In this document: positions 39,501-48,413 of the stretch, one piece after another
How the letters are laid out: the number at the start of each line of letters is the position of its first letter
Numbering within the stretch: position 1 is the first letter of the stretch
Virus record (IMG/VR): IMGVR_UViG_3300021400_001148
Coordinates: 64,001-128,000 of that record
Source: a virus
Taxonomy: Duplodnaviria; Caudoviricetes
Reading direction: 5' to 3' (one strand)
Length of the DNA: 64,000 nt
Translations under genes and position numbers: made by a program
Notes under the pieces: generated by a model
Databases searched by the model: none
The model's input: the letters and a program-made list of their open reading frames with translations, nothing else
What the model was told of the DNA's origin: nothing

Positions 39501-42305
39501 AGCTTGTGTGTTATATCCTTCTGCGTGACCTGCTCTTCCTTTAACAAGCGTATACCATCCCTCCGCATGTCCTTGCATAGCTTGAACTTTAACCTGGTAG
39601 CCCTCGGCGTGTCCTTCTTCTTCGAGAACCTCATTTGAAAGTCCTTCCACATGCGAATAATTCCCGGAAGCTACATTTTGTTTTCCTTCAACATGAACAC
39701 CCTTTACGACAATACCATTCTTGGATATTTTATTACGGCAACCCTCCACATGAGAATAAGGGGCTTCTATAATAACGTTTCCTTGACCCTCAACATGTGA
39801 GCCCGTAGACTTTGTGTTGTAAAGTGAACCATCTGATGATGGTGGAACTTTTGTCGTATCACTGCCAAGATAATTGAGAGCACCTTCTATATGTGCATAA
39901 TTGCTTTCAACTGTATTTGTATATCCTTCTGCATGCGATGCGGTTCCAGAAGCCTCGGTTGATTGTCCTTCGGCGTGTGATGCAATTCCTGATGCTGTCG
40001 TTCCCGAACCTTCAGCAACTGAACTAACTCCACTTGCTACCGCACCACTTCCTTTCTGCTGAACACTATTTTCGCCGGAACCCGATTCCCAAAGAGAATC
40101 ATTTTCTAAAGATTTGATAACCTCCTGAACTGTTTTAGATGGTTTTGTTTCATCGGTTTTTAAATTGTTTCCTTCATAATCCCCAATACCATATAGATAG
40201 GCATCGCCATTCTGCATGATTTCGAAAGCATTTTTTCTATTAGCATCATCTCTACCTATACCTACTGAATGTTGCGTATTTCCTGAAGAGCCATAAATGT
40301 CTGAATGCTTGTTGGATATATTGTAGATTCCCTCTGCATGCTCAGTCTCGTTTTGGGCTGTTGTATTATACCCTTCTGTATGAGAGTTGTATCCGGATGC
40401 GGTGGTGTTTTCTCCTTCTGCATGAGAGGTTGTTCCGGATGCTGTTGTATTAAACCCTTCCGCATGAGAGTGGTATCCGGATGCGGTGGTGTTTTCTCCT
40501 TCTGCATGAGAGGTTGTTCCGGATGCTGTTGTGTGGTCACCTTCTGCATGAGAGTGGTATCCGGATGCCGTTGTATTATACCCTTCTGCATGAGAATCAT
40601 CTCCAGTTGCATTTGTTGTATTACCTTCAGCATGAGAGTTGTATCCGGATGCGGTGGTGGAACTACCTTCTGCATGAGAGTGGTATCCGGATGCCGTTGT
40701 ATTATACCCTTCTGCATGAGAATCATCTCCAGTTGCATTTGTTGTATTACCTTCAGCATGACTTGCACTACCTAACGCAGTAGTACCAATGCCTTCACTA
40801 TGTGATGCGTAACCTTTTGAGCCTGAATTTGATGAATAATAATTTACTTGAGAAATTATAAATTCAACATTCGCAGTCTTTTTATTCCCAATTCCTAATT
40901 TTTCAGATAATTGAAACCATTTTGAACCACCAGTGTATACAGCTGTTACTGTTATTCCTCTATCCGAAACATCAACCCCATTTAATTTGTATAGCATACA
41001 GCCTACTGAATAGACATCCGCAGCTGATGTACCTTCAGTTGTTTGATACAATCTAGTTTCCGTTGCAGCGGCTTTTATTGTGTCACTAATTGGTTGACCT
41101 GTTACTATAATTTTATAGCCAATCCCTTCAGCATGAGAATACCTACCTTCTGCTCTGGTATAACCTCCCTCTGCGTGCGAACCAACTCCCTGCGCAACAG
41201 TTTCAACTCCTTCAGAGTGAGATGATGCACCCTTTGCAGAATTGCTAAATCTACATTTTACATTAACGAATTCGTCCCCTTCTGTATCATTTGGAATATA
41301 ATCAGATAGATTAAGGTAGGTAGATATGCCATCTTCAGCTTCAATATTCTCAATATAAATAATTTTATCAAAATCTACAGTAGATGCACCAATGTTCAAA
41401 TGGCACAAATCGCCTGCATTTTGAACAAGAATGTATCTAGCAGATTCTCTATCAATTCGACGTAATGTTACCAATACTTCAGATTCGTGTTCATAGCCTC
41501 CCTCTTTATGAGAGCCATATCCTGTAGCAGAACCGCCTCTACCTTCGGAATGTGCAGCAGTTCCTACTGAGTAAGTACTATACCCTTCAGCATGTGCACC
41601 ATTACCATTAACTTTAGTTTGAAAACCTTCTGAATGAGCACCCTCTCCTTTCTCTACTTTGGTATAATATCCTTCAGAATGAGAAGAATTACCGGCGGCG
41701 ATTGCCCCAATACCCTCCGAGTGACTTCCGGAACCTTCTGACTTTGTTCCAAGACCTTCCGCATGAGCCCCACGGCCTGATGCCTCTGTATAAATAATAG
41801 TCTGTTCTCCTGTTTCTTTCCAATTACTATCATCAGTTACTGCTATAGAACCTTCTGCATGAGCTCCTTGACCTGATGCGTTTGTACCAATACCTTCGGC
41901 ATGTGATTTTTCACCACTTGCTTGAGTCTGTTGAGTATCTATGGTTCTTTCATCATCTTTGCCTTGGTGATATAATATCGAAGTACCACCATTCTCTGCA
42001 TGTGAATCTAAGCCTGATGCTATTGTTTCATGACCTTCGGCAACACTATTATCTCCACCAGCAACTGCCCCGGTTCCTTTTTGCTGAACACTATTTTCAC
42101 CAGAGCCTTTTTCCCAAATATCCTCTCGGGGCCCAAAAGTAACTATTTCATCACTGTCATTTTTAATAAACAAACCCTCCGTTCCTTCGTGGTAGTTCAG
42201 CGCTATTTCACCGTACTCTAAATCTATTGGTTGGGGAATTTTTCCTTCCCCTTCTGAAAGTGTTTCGTTGGAGCGTTTTAGCAATACAGTATATTTTTTT
42301 GCCAT
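36600..42305 (-). CDS. ~1900-aa tail fibre/adhesin with SHAEG (YadA-head-like) repeats
   Basis: N-terminal LKRS..P...L.YGEIALNY anchor. Blocks of 14-aa SHAEG..T.ASG repeats are closed three times by TQHS.GIG...KNAFEIMQNG.AYLYG. Alternative start at 42323. Confidence 0.8.
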   Translation of the reverse strand: MAKKYTVLLKRSNETLSEGEGKIPQPIDLEYGEIALNYHEGTEGLFIKNDSDEIVTFGPREDIWEKGSGENSVQQKGTGAVAGGDNSVAEGHETIASGLDSHAENGGTSILYHQGKDDERTIDTQQTQASGEKSHAEGIGTNASGQGAHAEGSIAVTDDSNWKETGEQTIIYTEASGRGAHAEGLGTKSEGSGSHSEGIGAIAAGNSSHSEGYYTKVEKGEGAHSEGFQTKVNGNGAHAEGYSTYSVGTAAHSEGRGGSATGYGSHKEGGYEHESEVLVTLRRIDRESARYILVQNAGDLCHLNIGASTVDFDKIIYIENIEAEDGISTYLNLSDYIPNDTEGDEFVNVKCRFSNSAKGASSHSEGVETVAQGVGSHAEGGYTRAEGRYSHAEGIGYKIIVTGQPISDTIKAAATETRLYQTTEGTSAADVYSVGCMLYKLNGVDVSDRGITVTAVYTGGSKWFQLSEKLGIGNKKTANVEFIISQVNYYSSNSGSKGYASHSEGIGTTALGSASHAEGNTTNATGDDSHAEGYNTTASGYHSHAEGSSTTASGYNSHAEGNTTNATGDDSHAEGYNTTASGYHSHAEGDHTTASGTTSHAEGENTTASGYHSHAEGFNTTASGTTSHAEGENTTASGYNSHTEGYNTTAQNETEHAEGIYNISNKHSDIYGSSGNTQHSVGIGRDDANRKNAFEIMQNGDAYLYGIGDYEGNNLKTDETKPSKTVQEVIKSLENDSLWESGSGENSVQQKGSGAVASGVSSVAEGSGTTASGIASHAEGQSTEASGTASHAEGYTNTVESNYAHIEGALNYLGSDTTKVPPSSDGSLYNTKSTGSHVEGQGNVIIEAPYSHVEGCRNKISKNGIVVKGVHVEGKQNVASGNYSHVEGLSNEVLEEEGHAEGYQVKVQAMQGHAEGWYTLVKGRAGHAEGYNTQAVAFYSHAEGQGSMSLNQAAHAEGENTQATGQDSHTEGFNTKTGGNDSQNTLSGGTYTKVGAYAHAEGNATLAQAIASHTEGEKTFATGRASHAEGNATTASGSGSHAEGEHATASGSGSHAEGDHTTASGVSSHAEGSYTTASNTCSHAEGDETKAFGYCSHAEGVGTTASGYGSHAEGVGTTASGYGSHAEGEHATAQNEAEHAEGRYNKSNKSSNTYGDSGNTQHSIGIGASTADTKNAFEIMQNGDTYLYGVGGYDGTNATASTSNTLQNVVSGKQDTLVSGTNIKTVNGVSILGSGNLDTGNVFEAGTGEHSAVLRRSNSIASGEFAVAEGSGEISTIESQITELTDNEKQAIQQHYGRSFEYYFWGDWNSPRDGSMVYLNSDHEHPIAVITDAVFCDSEVQVDETYIFGVLFNASGATLSTGVEYYTESMDTDSANYAAGNYSHAEGLSVKALGWYSHAEGQDTTASGTTSHAEGYCAIASGNFSHAEGNNTRASAYTSHAEGNGAIASGENSHAEGVATIASGNFSHAEGNITRASGYTSHAEGDRTKASATCSHAEGYRTTANGGYSHAEGANTTTRNLFEHAEGYFNKSNTFSLDYGHSGNTQHSIGIGTSTADTKNAFEIMQNGNAYLYGVGGYNGTNPSSNNSLQKIFADISEIRSLSLSELDYILGTEGDASGGYIAALYIDDFEDGQGGNTYAEESGYNNIQEYISDVCNNMSAADHVGTNIFMPTCNVMEYEGAEYRVWVGFNAGENRNSIYALAPKNLDYTTLYNNSMEANVNNHYCPFAVVFNGSPDEMGDIYTDNLDVDYRLICVKTLEYSSTPIQEHSSAIAKIYFDDFHEYGLYMSMHNAGVDTMDNYIQAVRDNDNPDQYWEDVGVTVEYEGVEYKFYADGSSNMYGGLLPMDMTYQDLYPHTLECDGHNINTPYSPFVVRWIEGEGVGDYEGEDPSNKYSTIIAIE

Positions 42306-42360
42306 AGAATAAATGATTTTCATATAAATATCTGCTGAAAAAAAATTCTCGCATCTTCAT

Positions 42361-42505
42361 TTGACATACTCCCACGAATGAATTCGTGGGATTCTTAAGG
42401 TTTTACAAACACCGCGGCCCGATTTATTTTGTCCCCTAGTTTGTCGATGCCCCGACGAAGTATATTTCTGGCGGCATTCAGGTCCCTGCCGTGGGACTTC
42501 CCAGA
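42361..42505 (-). mobile_element. IS200/IS605 remnant: tnpB 3' end plus right end/omegaRNA scaffold
   Basis: Minus strand encodes HGRDLNAARNILRRGI (TnpB RuvC-III-like), then the hairpin AATCCCACGAAT-TC-ATTCGTGGGAGT, ending in TCAA. Confidence 0.75.
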
Positions 42506-42534
42506 CAATAACTAATCCACCGGCTTCAGAAAGA

Positions 42535-42577
42535 TGCGCCAGAATCCGGGAGGAAATTGAAATTATTTGTATATTTG
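42535..42577 (+). promoter_or_regulatory. bipartite promoter
   Basis: TGCGCC at 42535, TATATTTG at 42570. Confidence 0.75.
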
Positions 42578-42639
42578 CAACACGGGACTAAAGTAGTGGG
42601 TTTTCTCCCGTAATTATCATAAAGAAAGGAGGAAAATAA

Positions 42640-42948
42640 ATGAAGTACATTAACACAGATAGACTGATTGCTGAGATAGAAAGGCGAAAGAAAGAGATTT
42701 TTGAAATTGGCGATGACACATTTGAGAACAGATGGGTTTGTGGCTCACTTGATGGTATCAAAGCATTTGCCATATCTCTCCAGCAGGAGCAGCCGGAGGT
42801 GGATTTCGAGAAGGAATTAAAAAACGAGAGGACTAAATTATTGGATGCGTTTGGTCCAATGAACGGAGAGCAATGTCTTGCTATTAGGAATTTTGCTCGT
42901 CACTTTTACGAACTTGTTAAAACCGCAAGAAAGGAGGAAAGTAAATGA
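42640..42948 (+). CDS. family B protein
   Basis: First 19 aa identical to 29791; SLQQEQPEVDFEKE..FYEL..ARKEE. Confidence 0.75.
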   Translation: MKYINTDRLIAEIERRKKEIFEIGDDTFENRWVCGSLDGIKAFAISLQQEQPEVDFEKELKNERTKLLDAFGPMNGEQCLAIRNFARHFYELVKTARKEESK

Positions 42949-43117
42949 AATACGAAGCTGAAGGTATCGTAACAGATGCAGGTGGTCTTTTTGGATATGA
43001 TGTAGCCGCGTTTACGTTTGATGAAAACCACACATACATCGTGCTCCTTCCTCACGTAGAAGGCGGCAAGTGGGGTGACAAAGTTAAATTAACAATTACC
43101 AGAGAGAGCAAATAACC

Positions 43118-43372
43118 ATGACAAGAGAAGAGGCAATACAGAAGTTAACACCTTTCATCCCGTATAAGATTTATGTGCCTCAACATAATATTGAAGCAGG
43201 GAATATTCAAGAATTGAACGAACTTATTGTAGCAGGTTCAACGGAATACATTCGCAAGGACGCTCTGCTGGATTGGGCAAAAGAACAGGCTTCTATCACT
43301 GAGAAACTTAATGGCAAAGGCGCTATGTTGAAAGCGTGGGATAGTTTAATTGATAAAATCGAATCGCTATGA
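43118..43372 (+). CDS. family H protein
   Basis: EYIRKDALLDWAK. Confidence 0.65.
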   Translation: MTREEAIQKLTPFIPYKIYVPQHNIEAGNIQELNELIVAGSTEYIRKDALLDWAKEQASITEKLNGKGAMLKAWDSLIDKIESL

Positions 43373-43550
43373 CACAAGAAGAAAGATATAAAGAGGCAAT
43401 GGCATTTATTGATTCAAACAAAATGTCTCATTTCAGTGAATCATACGGACCGGATTGCCGAGTATATAAAGACCGTACAGATGTTGTTAGTGTTAATGTT
43501 GCTAAACTTGCCGTGGATATAGCGTTAGGTAAATTATAATTTCATTATAT

Positions 43551-43742
43551 ATGGTATTTTGGATTATTTTGTCAATCATTGCATATTCATTGTTAGGAAC
43601 AATGATTTGTGCTAAGATTGGTGTATTATGTGACAGCGATAATTTTTTGGGATTGGATGATTTTTTGGCATTGATTGTTGATACTATATTGATTGCCTCC
43701 TGGCCATTGACGCTTATATTTCATTTTTTATTGGAGGATTGA
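43551..43742 (+). CDS. small membrane protein
   Basis: Two TM segments, SWPL motif. Confidence 0.55.
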   Translation: MVFWIILSIIAYSLLGTMICAKIGVLCDSDNFLGLDDFLALIVDTILIASWPLTLIFHFLLED

Positions 43743-43747
43743 GAGTT

Positions 43748-44143
43748 ATGACACAAGAAGAAAAAAAATTACTGCTGAAAGACCTTTGCGCGAGGTTGCC
43801 TTATGAGCCACACATCTACATTAAAGCCGGAAAAGCACATGCAGATATTGTGCTGAACGGGACACATATTCACGACTGGATGACGGTTCCATCATGTCAA
43901 AACATAACCATCAAACCATATCTTCGTCCAATGTCAACTATGACTGGGGAAGAGAGAAAATATTATATCCACCTTCTTAATTTAACAAAATCTGACAGAA
44001 TTGTAATATCAAAGGACGGATTAGGAACATCAGGAGCAGAGGATATTATTGATTATCTCAATGCACATTACCTCGATTTTCGTGGTTTAATCCCTATGGG
44101 ACTTGCTCTTGAAGCGCCTAAGGATATGTATAAAACCGAATAA
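43748..44143 (+). CDS. family C protein
   Basis: Family C termini. Confidence 0.75.
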   Translation: MTQEEKKLLLKDLCARLPYEPHIYIKAGKAHADIVLNGTHIHDWMTVPSCQNITIKPYLRPMSTMTGEERKYYIHLLNLTKSDRIVISKDGLGTSGAEDIIDYLNAHYLDFRGLIPMGLALEAPKDMYKTE

Positions 44144-44154
44144 AATTTCTGTAG

Positions 44155-44346
44155 ATGAAAATAAAAGTAAACAAGAATCAGTGGCTTGACGATTACATTG
44201 CAGGAAATTGGGCACGCGAAATGCGGGATTACGATTTGAGTGTTACCCCTAACCACAATACGGGCGAATTTAAAATGGAGGATGTTACACCTGAACAGTT
44301 AATGGATTACATCAATAAAGGCTACGGAATTAAAATAAACTGCTAA
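44155..44346 (+). CDS. hypothetical protein
   Basis: 63-aa packed ORF. Confidence 0.5.
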   Translation: MKIKVNKNQWLDDYIAGNWAREMRDYDLSVTPNHNTGEFKMEDVTPEQLMDYINKGYGIKINC

Positions 44347-44350
44347 GGCT

Positions 44351-44716
44351 ATGGGCAAGAAATTTTCAGAGTTGAAGGCGGGCGATTCTGTGTGGGTTTG
44401 GTGGTATAGTGAATTGTACGAATATGGACTTCACGAAATTCGTTCTGCTAAGATATTTTTGCTTACTGATGATGGGAAAGTAGAACTGAAACCGTCAGGA
44501 GAAATGTTAATGTCTTTAAACGGTGGCGGCGAATATGTAATACGCAACGACGAAAGCAACTATGAAGCATTTGTTTATGGATGTGATGGTCATGAATATA
44601 AAATTTTCGGCACGTCCAAGGAAGCAGTAAAAAACCTACTTCAAGAAGTTTTAACAAAAGACATAGAAAAAATTGAAGCCGACAAACAAAAATGGCTAGC
44701 CGAATTTGATAAATAA
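44351..44716 (+). CDS. family I protein
   Basis: Paralog of 12918. Confidence 0.7.
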   Translation: MGKKFSELKAGDSVWVWWYSELYEYGLHEIRSAKIFLLTDDGKVELKPSGEMLMSLNGGGEYVIRNDESNYEAFVYGCDGHEYKIFGTSKEAVKNLLQEVLTKDIEKIEADKQKWLAEFDK

Positions 44717-44720
44717 CACG

Positions 44721-45509
44721 ATGAGAATATTATGCATACTGCAAAACGCATGGGGTGACAGGGAACTTCCCATTACATTTATTCCCAATCCCTTCAATAA
44801 AAGCGCAAAAACCATCAGGAAAATGGTGGGTGACAACTTTTTTATGTTTTCCAACACAACCGATGTGGTAACGAAGACCTCAAGGGAAAAACCAAAACCC
44901 AATTACGAACACTTTGAAAAGGTGATAAAAAGGATAAAGTACTTCGACATGGTCCTCGTATGTGGAAAACAGGCGGAGGAAACAGTAAATAAATATATGA
45001 CGGAAATTGAATCGCAGGGAAAGCCAATTATGTTTGTTCCTCATCCTGCGGCCAGAAACCTCACTAACGCGAAATGTGAGGAAATTAGAGAACAAATAAA
45101 GAAATACGAAAAGTCCATGACACAAGAAGATAAACAACTATTACTTAAAGACCTTTGTGCAAGGTTGCCGTATATTACATATTATGACTTATCATACTAT
45201 GGGCATAAAACACGAGCCGTTTTACAAGAGCTTATAACAACAAAAGACCCATTAAAAAGTCTTGTAAAAGTTAACACCGTTGTCAGTCCAATTCCTTATG
45301 AGAATATCAAGCCTTATCTCCGTCCAATGTCAAGTATGACCGAGGAAGAGAAAAATGAATATTTTGGCAGAATAACAACAAATAGTCTTATTGAAACATT
45401 TTCACAACGAGTTATTGATTGGCTTAATACGCATCACTTTGACTATCGTGGTTTGATACCTATGGGACTTGCTCTTGAAGCACCAGAAGGAATGTATAAA
45501 AACGAATAA
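44721..45509 (+). CDS. UDG-superfamily-like domain in frame with a family C module (own ATG at 45117)
   Basis: ILCILQNAW..VLVCGKQA..PHPAAR followed by MTQEDKQLLLKDLCARLPY. Confidence 0.6.
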   Translation: MRILCILQNAWGDRELPITFIPNPFNKSAKTIRKMVGDNFFMFSNTTDVVTKTSREKPKPNYEHFEKVIKRIKYFDMVLVCGKQAEETVNKYMTEIESQGKPIMFVPHPAARNLTNAKCEEIREQIKKYEKSMTQEDKQLLLKDLCARLPYITYYDLSYYGHKTRAVLQELITTKDPLKSLVKVNTVVSPIPYENIKPYLRPMSSMTEEEKNEYFGRITTNSLIETFSQRVIDWLNTHHFDYRGLIPMGLALEAPEGMYKNE

Positions 45510-45741
45510 GCATGTTTTGGATTTATGTACTCATAGTCGTAGGATTATTATTAGGCTTATATCTTTCGTATAGAGCATTGAAGTCCGACACCGATGAAGA
45601 GGCAGTATCTTTTTGTTTCTTAAGTGGGGCAATTCTTGGTTTTTCCATTCTCGGAATAATAGGAATAATATCAAGTTAATAAGGAAAATGGGATTTGATG
45701 AAGAGTGTGCTTGTTTATATGATTTGGTAAAAATATAGGAT

Positions 45742-46065
45742 ATGGAAAAGGAACGTAAAAAATATGTAGACAATGATGTCTTTGTGTTTGACTGCGTATT
45801 GAAATGGGATTTGTCAAGAATCAATGATATAACCATCTATACAAAGCCTTTCCCTTCAAAGGGGTTTGTTGCAATGGAAGAAGAACTTGATGCGGCAGAA
45901 AAAACCGTCAGGGAAAAGTATTTCACACAGGAAAGAATCAATGAACTGAAACAAGAACTGATTCAAAAAATACAGGAGTGTGAAAACCCATTTGAAATCT
46001 CTTGTGTGGATATGGATGGGGGTTACAATGTTACAGAAGATATGTTGTTTGATGTAGAAAAGTAG
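45742..46065 (+). CDS. hypothetical protein
   Basis: 107-aa ORF. Confidence 0.55.
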   Translation: MEKERKKYVDNDVFVFDCVLKWDLSRINDITIYTKPFPSKGFVAMEEELDAAEKTVREKYFTQERINELKQELIQKIQECENPFEISCVDMDGGYNVTEDMLFDVEK

Positions 46066-46067
46066 AT

Positions 46068-46529
46068 ATGGTTACAGAAGACTACGTTAATTTTGAGGTA
46101 GCCAAACTCCTTAAGGAAAAGGGATTTGACGGGCCATGCTATAAAGTGTGGGAATCACATGGTGACTCGCAGACTCTTGTGGGGGCATCATGGTTTGCCG
46201 AAGGTGAAACAGTTGTTAACAGGGAATCAGTAGATGCTGCTGCTAAACAGTATGCTTATGAATATAACCTTAACAATAATGTTGAGGGATATTTGGCCCC
46301 AACCCTTCAAATGGTAATGAAGTGGCTGAGGGAAGTTCATAATCTGCACTGTTGTATTGACTACGATTTTGTTCTTGAGTGGTATTGTCAGATTACAAGT
46401 CTCAAAGAAACAGTTGAATATGACGATTTGGAAATGAAGCACTATCACCCCGATAAAGTTAATAGTTTCTCTTCGCCAGAAGAAGCCTGTGAAGTAGCAA
46501 TTAAATATTGTCTTGAAAATTTAATTTAG
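46068..46529 (+). CDS. family D protein
   Basis: Family D termini. Confidence 0.75.
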   Translation: MVTEDYVNFEVAKLLKEKGFDGPCYKVWESHGDSQTLVGASWFAEGETVVNRESVDAAAKQYAYEYNLNNNVEGYLAPTLQMVMKWLREVHNLHCCIDYDFVLEWYCQITSLKETVEYDDLEMKHYHPDKVNSFSSPEEACEVAIKYCLENLI

Positions 46530-46531
46530 AT

Positions 46532-46906
46532 ATGGCACAAGAAGAAAAACAATTACTACTCAAGGACCTTTGTGCAAGGTTGCCATATGAAACTATGTTT
46601 TATTCTGATAGATATGGAGAAGAATGTCTACTTAGTATTGACTTAGAGTATAACAAAGTCAATGAATTGTACTCATTAGAAGAAATTAAGCCCTATCTCC
46701 GTCCTATGTCAAGTATGACTGAGGAAGAAATAAACGAGTTTATCCTAATATCGGACACCGTGCTTTGGCTGGGTGATAAGAAGTCGACCAGTATATTAAG
46801 CCTTGAACAAATAGACTGGCTTAACGCTCATCACTTTGACTACCGTGGATTGATTGAAAAGGGCGTGGCCCTTGAAGCTAAAGAAGGAATGTATAACATC
46901 AAATAG
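46532..46906 (+). CDS. family C protein
   Basis: Family C termini. Confidence 0.75.
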   Translation: MAQEEKQLLLKDLCARLPYETMFYSDRYGEECLLSIDLEYNKVNELYSLEEIKPYLRPMSSMTEEEINEFILISDTVLWLGDKKSTSILSLEQIDWLNAHHFDYRGLIEKGVALEAKEGMYNIK

Positions 46907-46908
46907 TT

Positions 46909-47124
46909 ATGGAAGAAAACCTTACAAGATTAGAAGACTTTAACAATGCAGGGCAAGTCCTTGAATATAAAGGATATGTTATTAGTACTGACTATGACTC
47001 TGATTGTGACAACTATTGGAGAATACAAATTTGCAAACAGAATGGTGAACTAGTTAAATGTGGCGTTTATAGATATGAACTTGAACATATATTGGATAAA
47101 TTACCAGATTTAACTAAATCGTAG
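46909..47124 (+). CDS. hypothetical protein
   Basis: 71-aa packed ORF. Confidence 0.55.
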   Translation: MEENLTRLEDFNNAGQVLEYKGYVISTDYDSDCDNYWRIQICKQNGELVKCGVYRYELEHILDKLPDLTKS

Positions 47125-47131
47125 AAAAATT

Positions 47132-48082
47132 ATGACACAGGAAGAAAAGCAAATATTGTTGATTGACCTTTGCGCAAGGTTGCCTTATGGGGTTAAAGTA
47201 AAAATAACTAATGAGGGTGTTCTATCGGTTGATAGTGAAAAAGGAACTCTTGATGGTAAAGAAATCATGAGTGATGACTGCTTCACTATTAAATGTGATA
47301 AGGATAGTTGGATATTGTCATATGATGAATTCAAACCTTATCTCCGTCCAATGTCAAGTATGACTGAGGAAGAGAAGTGGGAATCTATTGATATTAAGAA
47401 AGGGGAATGCAACGGCTGTGTTCTTACTGGAAAAGGTGACCCAAATACAGAATTTATGCTAGTTGATTTCTATAATAAGCATCACCTTGACTATCGCGGA
47501 TTGATTCCTATGGGAATTGCTCTTGAAGCCCCGGGGAAATGTATGAAAATATATAAAAACAAACAGAATATGACAAGAGAAGAAAATATCACCGTTCCTC
47601 GCTGGTTTCTCGAAACAGTGGAAGATACGCTTCGGATTCAGAACAATATCAACCTTGATAAAAGTACCGGGGAAACCTGTCAGGACCGAAATGTAAAAGA
47701 ATCTCTCAACGGATTGCGAAAACTTTTGAGAGGCGAAGAACTAACCGGGGGAGAAAGATTGGAAAAGTTACAGCCCTCCCTTCCCTCCAATCTGGACGAG
47801 GCAGCAGAAGAAACAGCCAAAAAATATTATTGTTCGTGTTTGGAAAAGCACAATGAAACCGGCATTTGCGATGGGTGCGAAAATGTAAAACTATCTTTCA
47901 AGGCCGGTGCCGAGTGGATGGCCGGACAGGGATATGTCGATACTCACGCAGTGATAAATGAATATAGAGATTGGGGTGACGGGTTTGCAAATCTGGAACT
48001 TGCCATTGCCACCAATGATGATTTCTTTGAAGATTGGCAAGAACCGAATGAAATAATCATCCAAATCCGAAAGAAACAGTAA
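47132..48082 (+). CDS. family C gene joined to a family G gene (ATG at 47570) by a 1-nt deletion near 47535
   Basis: The paralog ending (G)MY..* survives out of frame (stop at 47556); the second half has QPSLPSNLDEAA..FKAGAEWMAGQG. Confidence 0.7.
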   Translation: MTQEEKQILLIDLCARLPYGVKVKITNEGVLSVDSEKGTLDGKEIMSDDCFTIKCDKDSWILSYDEFKPYLRPMSSMTEEEKWESIDIKKGECNGCVLTGKGDPNTEFMLVDFYNKHHLDYRGLIPMGIALEAPGKCMKIYKNKQNMTREENITVPRWFLETVEDTLRIQNNINLDKSTGETCQDRNVKESLNGLRKLLRGEELTGGERLEKLQPSLPSNLDEAAEETAKKYYCSCLEKHNETGICDGCENVKLSFKAGAEWMAGQGYVDTHAVINEYRDWGDGFANLELAIATNDDFFEDWQEPNEIIIQIRKKQ

Positions 48083-48084
48083 CC

Positions 48085-48411
48085 ATGAGAACAAAACCCA
48101 TACATCCCGATGAAGAACTTTTTACAAAGTCCGGCTTAAGTTATGAGCGTATCCCCATCCCAACAGCCGTAACAAAAATACTTAGGCGGAAGGTGGGAGA
48201 TAAGGTATTAATTTGCCACTATGCGAGAAATACGCACGACACGGCTGTATTGAACTATGTGAGTTTCAATGAGGGATTTTTACACCAATATGCAGGCTAT
48301 AGTTTCGGTATATCCCCGGGGCAAACACTAAAAGAAAAACTCATTATAGTGGCAGAGAATATTGCTGAGACTTGGCCGGAATATGCAGTAAGAAAACGAA
48401 AGAAACAGTAA
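48085..48411 (+). CDS. hypothetical protein
   Basis: Ends in KKQ* like both neighbours. Confidence 0.6.
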   Translation: MRTKPIHPDEELFTKSGLSYERIPIPTAVTKILRRKVGDKVLICHYARNTHDTAVLNYVSFNEGFLHQYAGYSFGISPGQTLKEKLIIVAENIAETWPEYAVRKRKKQ

Positions 48412-48413
48412 CC

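Noticed and set aside
34855-40783. Long alternative-frame or antisense ORFs over the repeat genes (also 20157-20417)
   Set aside because: They are shadows of repetitive coding sequence.
42361-42505. Active IS605 transposon
   Set aside because: There is no tnpA and only a short tnpB tail.
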